Source of the DNA: Sphaerodactylus townsendi
Taxonomy: Eukaryota
Assembly (NCBI RefSeq): GCF_021028975.2
Contig: NC_059440.1
Location: 24,428,001 to 24,492,000, forward strand
Reading direction: 5' to 3'
Length of the DNA stretch: 64,000 nt
Position 1 is the stretch's first letter. Each line of letters begins with the position of its first letter. Shown here piece by piece: positions 58,372-64,000 of this stretch. Position numbers and translations under genes: made by a program. Below the pieces are notes generated by a model. The model was not told the DNA's origin. It saw only the letters and a list, made by a program, of their open reading frames with translations, and searched no databases.

Positions 58372-61300
58372 CCAATCTTTATTTGATGGCCACAGACAAT
58401 TCAAATTAAGGCCATAACAAATCTACAAATTAAAACGCAAACATTTTAAAGCTAAATCTTATAAACAAACGAGAGAACAGAACCTTAAAAGCTAAGAAAT
58501 TTGTACAATTATTGCAGATTATAACTTAGCCTTTATACTACAACTTTTCCTGCAATCTTAAGTTTAGACAAGAGAAACATAAACGTGGCTACCTTGTGCG
58601 TGACATCCTCAAAGACATCAGCCATTATAAAACACACTTTATTCTCCTCGGTACCTGATAATTCTAAAGAGTTTTTAAGATATAAATTCCGGATATGAGA
58701 ACACATGGGACAATGCAAGATATAATGCTTTAGATCGTCTATCTGATCTAAGCCACAATCACATATGCGTTGATCTTTTGGACACTTGTTATATCTTCCA
58801 AAAAGTTAGTTTGATGATGTTTTATATAAATGGGAAATAGTCCATAGTGCATGTTAGAAAAGCCCTATTAGATCTGGCTAATGGTCTGTCTAGAGTAGAC
58901 TGGTGTCCTGTTTTCCCACTTTGGCCAGCCCGATGTCTCGAGCAGGCCCACAAGCACATTCAGTGCAAGCAGGCTTCAGCCTTCCTTACCATCTTATTTG
59001 TCCAGATTAATTGGTGGTTGGAGCCAAACTGCCCCTGAAGGTGGAAGTTCCACATAGCGTAGCTGCCGGTAGACCTCCTCGGGCACGAATTCATCCAGCT
59101 CCTTTTTTGTGGCTGGCCTTAATCTCGAAGCATTGAATTTGTGCGGCTGTGATTGTTAAGAATGATTTGCCGGCTTGTAAGAATGGCCTCTGAGTTTCTC
59201 AGTCTGGGGGAGAGGTTGCTCCCCTGAACCCGTTTTCTTCCTGCTTTTCCAGGTGCCATTTCTTCCTTGCAAAGGCAGCTCTCCTTTGTGGAGTCTCAGC
59301 TTCGCAGAGCCCACGCAGAGCAGGGCTTGCTCCAGAAGGAGCTTCAGGAACGAGGAAATCAGCTGGAAGCGATGACTACCAAGGTACCATCTCACCCATC
59401 CCATTGAGCTGGGGGGAAGCTGGGATGTCAGTAAATGATCCTCACAGCCCTAGGCTAGCCTGATCGCATCAGATCTCAGAAGCCAAGCAGGGTTGGCCCT
59501 GGCTAGTATTTGGATGGGGGACCTCCAAGGGACACCAGGGTCATGGCGCAGAGGCAGGCGATGGCAAACCACCTCTGGTAGCCTCTTGGTTTGAAAATCC
59601 TTCTGGGTCACTTTGGAAGAGCTGAGTTTGAACCTGCACTCTGCCATTTTTCCCCATTACAGAGAAAAATGTGTCATCCTTATAAGGAAAACTCGTCTTC
59701 ATGAATAAGACAAGAATAAGCAAAACTCAGTGACGTGTCATTATTGTGGTTGTTGTTTTTCATCGGCCGAGATTATTGGTAATTTTTTTTTTCTAATGGG
59801 GGACCCTTTCTCTCAGTTTTGCAACCTGCGGGAGGAGAGGAAGCATGAAGAAATGATGGGCACCATTGAAAGAGAAAATAACGCACTTCGGCAGGTGAGC
59901 TGGTGAGCCCCGCTAGTCACAGCCGTCCGCCAGACACTTGGACTGTACAAGTCTGTTTCCCTTTACTGCAAAGGTGGGATGTCTACCGATCAGAGAAGCT
60001 GCACAGGGCCGGAAGGAGAGTTAACTTGTTCCACCTCCTTGATCTGCCATGGTCCTTCCTGTGGATGTTTGCAACTCAGCCTCACGGTGAAAGAGCCCTT
60101 CAACATCCTAGCACTGACATCTCAATGTCCTTTGACTTGCTCGCCTCTGTTTCCCAGGACTGGCAAACTGTTTCCCAGGACTGTTTTCCAGTACTGGCAA
60201 ACCTTTGACTTGCTTGCCCCTATTTCCCAGGACTTTGCATTAACTCAAGACAAGTTTCTGTGTCTTGCAGGATAGACCACCCTGTGGATGCCTCAGCCGG
60301 CTCAGCCCCTCACTTCCCTCTTCCCCTCCCTGTCTCAGGTGGTCTCCGACCTGGAGTCCAAACTGGCTGAGAAGACCCAGCAGATTGATGAACTGCACGC
60401 TGATATCAACCGGCTTCAGGCCCAGCTGGTGATCAACCAGCACCACACCGGCAAGCAGCTGATCCAGCAGAAGGAGCTGCAGAGGCAGCTGGACATCCTG
60501 CGGAGGGTGGAGCAGCAAACCAGGGTCATGCTGGAGGCCGTCGGCACCAGGGTAACCTTCCCACCCAACCTCAGTGCCCCTCCTCCCCCTGTGGCTCCTG
60601 GTGGGATAATGGTGGGGCAATTCCAAAAGTCAGTGTCTCGAACAAGTAGCTCATAAACTCCTGGATGGGTAAATCATCAGCTGCTGTGGAGCAAGTTTGT
60701 GGATCCCCCGGGAGACCCAGGGAAAGATCACAAAAAAGGTTTGTGCCCAACCTTTTCCCCTAAAGCGGTTATTTCATGGGACTTTTCATAGAATCATAGA
60801 ATTGGAAGAGACCCCAAGGGCCATCAAGTCCAACCCCCCTGCAATGTAGGAACCACACAATCAAAGCACTCCTGACAGATGGCCATCCAGCCTCTCTTTA
60901 AAATCCTCCAAAGAAGGAGACTCCACCGCACTCTGAGGTAGTGCATTCCATTGTTGAACAGCCCTGACTGTCAGGAAGGTTTCCCTGATGTTTAGGTGGA
61001 ATCTCTTTTCCTGCACCTTGAACCCATCATTCCTGGTCCTAGTCTCTGGAGCAGCAGAAAACAAGCAGAGAACAACATGACATCCCTTCAAATATCTAAA
61101 CATGGCTGCTCAATGGATCACTGCCTTTCTTGCTCTCTCTCTCTAGTCCCTGTTCAGTTTCTAGGTCATAATTTTTGTAACATGCCCAGGTGGGAGCGGG
61201 AGAGTCGCTGAGGAGGGTTCCCATTGCTCAGGAGTAAATCTTATCAAAGGCAAAGTTGGCAACTCTCACCCCGAATCGTCAGGAGCCTCAGTCTTGGATG

Positions 61301-62537
61301 CCGATTTCAGTACACAGATTAAGCAAACGACATGCCTTTTTCCATCATCAGCCAGCGATTCCTCTCCATGGTATGAAGGTCCAAACTGGGCATCAGTGTG
61401 TTCCTTTGTCCAACCCATGGATGCCGACACCATTTTAGAGGAGAATTTGGCTGCTTAAAAGTGCCTGATTCTAACTTGACCCTCAGCGTGGCAGAACCAA
61501 GTGATCTTACCCCCCCACCGCTTTGTGTTTTTTCAAGCATTGAAACAATTACTTTTTTTCAAGCATTGAAACTTCAGAACAGTGAGTGGAATATTCCAAG
61601 CTTATGCCTCTCCAAAGCTGGCCCTCCGGGGCCATTTCAGCTTCTGAAAAGGGCAGGAAGGAAGCAGAGGGCCCCTCCCCCACGCCACACTTTCAAGCCA
61701 TAGAGGCCCCCCTTTGATTTTTAAAATGGCATTTCTTGCAGATGCTGTGTGGCTTCTGGGAAACCAGACTCAACTCTCCAAAACACCTAAAGTCGAGTTT
61801 GGTTCTTTGATCCTTAAAGACGTCACTTCCTCAGTCTCCCATCAAAAGAATCATGCCCAAATTCAACTAAAGTTCTTTCTGCTCTCCAGCATGGTGTAGT
61901 GATTGAGAGCAGGTGCGCTCTAATCTGGAGAACAGGGTTTGATTCCCCGCTCTGCCGCTTGAGCTGTGGAGGCTTATCTGGGGAACTAGTTTAGCTTGTG
62001 CACTCCAACCCATGCCAGCTGGGTGACCTTGGGCGAGTCACAGTTCTTTGGAGCTCTCTCTCAGCCCCACCTACCTCACAGGGTGTTTGTTGTGAGGGGG
62101 AAAGGGAAAGGAGTTTGTAAGCCTCTTTGAGTCTCCTTACAACTCTTTCTCTTCTTCTCCTTTTCCTGTTGCAAGTTTGAAAGGTTTCGAAGCAAAATCC
62201 TCCAAGCTACCTACAGTTCTCCCAGCACCAAATTGCCCCAGTCAGAAATTGGAGACGACGAGGTGTTGGAGGCCTTGCAGGTAAAGAGGTTCTGCGCAGC
62301 GGGGAAGTCAGCGAATAATTTTCTCTCTCTCTCTCTCTCCTGGGATGGGGGACAGAAGGGAGGCCTGCCGTTCATAACTTTGATTCTCTACGTGGATCTG
62401 TTTTTCAGAAAATAATAAATGACCGTCTGGAATTCTACCAAATGCTGCGGCAGAAGGGGGTGAAACTCCCAGCTCTGAGCATGGAACAAACGGTGACACC
62501 ACCTTCTCCTTCGAAGAAAAAGAGCTCAAGCAAATAG
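50082..62537 (+). CDS. CCDC27: Coiled-coil domain-containing protein 27 (about 614 aa)
   Basis: Exons 50082-50237, 51342-51471, 52039-52167, ~53996-54135, 55552-~55731, 57077-57307, 58067-58289, 59253-59383, 59817-59894, 60339-60551, 62176-62280, 62409-62537; frame consistent. Motifs PWYVSVLQEKD, LQKELQER..QLEAMTTKFCNLREERKHEEMMG.IE, FERFRSKILQAT, EVLEALQKIINDRLEFYQMLRQKGVK resemble CCDC27. The 5' boundary of exon 4 and the 3' boundary of exon 5 (55713 or 55731) are uncertain. Confidence 0.87.
50717..51323 (+). mobile_element. L2-type LINE 3' fragment with (TAAA)n tail
   Basis: YLRDRITPYVPTRPLRSA..LLVVP...F..LAPAWWN.LP..VR....F..ACKT.LF.RAF is the L2 ORF2 C-terminus. Terminal stem-loop, then (TAAA)n at 51281-51323. 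Confidence 0.85.
51607..51916 (+). mobile_element. tRNA-derived CORE SINE
   Basis: Full-length copy. Confidence 0.85.
52578..53525. repeat. Compound local tandem duplication in a CCDC27 intron
   Basis: Segment 52578-52804 recurs at about 53303-53525. A ~229-bp unit occurs at about 52919-53147 and 53148-53378. Confidence 0.9.
54344..54718 (+). mobile_element. 5'-truncated CR1 LINE, same young family
   Basis: LKMLGGRIRTNKRKHFFTQRVIG..., same 3'UTR and tail. Confidence 0.92.
54731..54764. repeat. (GT)n microsatellite
   Basis: Directly visible; another lies at about 28563-28590. Confidence 0.9.
58309..58830 (-). mobile_element. Non-LTR retrotransposon 3' fragment with CCHC zinc knuckle and (ATTG)n tail
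   Basis: Minus strand encodes ICDCGLDQIDDLKHYILHCPMCSHIR; (CAAT)n on the plus strand at 58309-58372. Confidence 0.6.
59450..59640 (+). mobile_element. 5S rRNA-derived SINE (5S-Sauria-like)
   Basis: GCCTGATCGCATCAGATCTCAGAAGCCAAGCAGGGTTGGCCCTGGCTAGTATTTGGATGGG, then GGCAAACCACCTCTG body. Confidence 0.7.
60787..61103 (-). mobile_element. CR1 LINE 3' fragment, second subfamily
   Basis: ORF 60861-61103 (FRYLKGCH...RTRNDGFKVQEKRFHLNIR); CATAGAAT repeats at the tail. Confidence 0.87.
61885..62160 (+). mobile_element. tRNA-derived CORE SINE with a 3' internal deletion
   Basis: Copy abutting the CCDC27 exon acceptor at 62175/6. Confidence 0.85.
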
Positions 62538-62663
62538 GGCCGTGTGTGTTTTTGTCTTTGATGGAACTTCTGAATGAAAAAAAGGCTTTTCTTCTCATTC
62601 AGTTTTTGAGGCGGGGTCCTGTTCTTTTCAGAAGAATCCTCCCGATTCCAGCTCTGATTAAAG

Positions 62664-62797
62664 CAGGTGTGTCCAATGCTGGCCTTCAGATGTTCATGGA
62701 CTACAGTCCCCATCAGCCCCTGCCAGCATTATGTAGGCAGGGGCTGATGGGAATCGTAATTCATGAGCATCTGGACGGGAAGGGTCGGACACCCCTG
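62664..62797. mobile_element. Palindromic hAT MITE
   Basis: CAGGTGTGTCCAA...TCGGACACCCCTG; perfect 8-bp TSD GATTAAAG. Confidence 0.88.
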
Positions 62798-63558
62798 GAT
62801 TAAAGAATGTTGACTTTGCGGTGATTCTCCCCCACCCAGAGAAATCCAACCCCTTAGAAAAATACGTGGGGAAACTAAACACTAATGGGACTCCGTTCGG
62901 AGATCACGAACAAACTACAGTTTGTTTGTGGCTAGAACAAGTCCTATTCATTCTGAGGTTTGCATATTCCCTTCCGCCTTCTGTCTCCCTTCATACGTGA
63001 GACAAGATGGTTGACTTTTAGCGTAGGTGGTGTTCGATTAAATGGCAACAGCGAGTCTCTGTTTTTAGTTGGAGATGAAAGGGTTAAGGGTGTGAGTGGG
63101 CAGGGCAAAAGCCTCACCTGGCCACACCCACTTTTTAAAAGCACTCAGAGGGTGCCGGGGAAAGGTGTTAGCAGGCACCATGGTCCCCATGTTTAGTAAC
63201 TCCTAGTTTAGATTATGCTGAATGAACACAAACAAAAGCCGTGTGCACACCTAATTTCACTTTTAGATGCAAACAACATTTCAGATACGTTTATTGTGTT
63301 ACAAAAAGGAAAAAAAGAGAGAGCTATAAAAATAACACATTTCCCCCCCGAAGATATCATTACAATAAAACAAAACAGATCACACAATTCATGACTTGAC
63401 TTGGTTGAGCTGCACATGTGAATATGTTAAAAGGCTATCCTGAATTCCCAGCTTCTCTTTTAGTAAGCCCAGAATCAGAGTAGGGACCAAACATCAAGGT
63501 AAATGCAGAAAGGGAAACAAGGATTTCTGGATTTTTACTGGCTACCTCTCTGAGAAAT

Positions 63559-63822
63559 GAGGAGAAGGAGGAGTTTGGATTTATACCCCCCCCCCCCTTT
63601 CTCTCCTGTAGGGGACTCAAAGGGGCTTGCAATCTCCTTGCCCTTCCCCCCTCACAACACCTTGTGAGGTAGGTGGGGCTGAGAGAGCTCTGAAAAGCTG
63701 TGACTAGCTCAAGGTCACCCAGCTGGCGGGTGTGGGAGTGCATAGGCTAATCTGAATTCCCCAGATAAGCCTCCACAGCTCAGGCAGCAGAGCAGGGAAT
63801 CAAACCCGGATCCTCCAGATTA
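63559..63822 (-). mobile_element. tRNA-derived CORE SINE, 5'-truncated
   Basis: Same family. Confidence 0.8.
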
Positions 63823-64000
63823 GTTTTCTTTTCTGTTTTTTTTTTGCCCATTTCTATTCATTTCCCCCCCCCCCGCCAAAAAGTGGACATTGCTAGATTC
63901 TTTCTTGACCTGTTCTGTATATGTCCACACTTCAGAAGGTATATCAAGCATTGGTCTGCATTTATTGCCAATGTATACACTTAAGGGCTACTAATGGACC

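Noticed and set aside
59450-59530. 5S rRNA-like sequence (also about 16710-16790, 41341-41690, 54870-54910)
   Set aside because: Partial, diverged and fused to a SINE body; not a functional 5S gene.
63200-64000. Possible 3'UTR of a convergent minus-strand gene (AATAAA on the minus strand at 63290-63295 and near 63961)
   Set aside because: No coding sequence in the window to support it; synteny alone is insufficient.

Overview
Eukaryotic, intron-containing vertebrate DNA, almost certainly a squamate reptile and probably a gecko, judged from its CORE-type tRNA SINEs with (CTT)n tails, 5S-derived SINEs, CR1/L2/RTE LINEs and hAT/Harbinger MITEs. The six-frame ORF track is mostly noise, so genes were rebuilt by hand from GT-AG boundaries and reading-frame continuity. 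Gene order: P3H1 last exon (+, ends KDEL), CLDN19 (+, 4 exons), a CLDN16 paralogue (+, 5 exons), a divergent unnamed claudin (-, 5 exons, tail-to-tail with the previous gene), SLC45A1 (+, 8 coding exons), MRPS16 (-, 3 coding exons), and CCDC27 (+, about 12 coding exons, sharing a bidirectional CpG promoter with MRPS16). The most notable feature is an intact three-claudin cluster. It places CLDN19 beside a CLDN16-like gene and a third claudin with a CLDN16-type first loop and a classic-claudin intracellular loop, a candidate reptilian paracellular ion-channel module with no counterpart I recall at the human CLDN19 locus. Several transposon insertions appear to have remodelled splice, poly(A) or promoter signals. 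Comparisons with human proteins and synteny are from memory, not from a database search.
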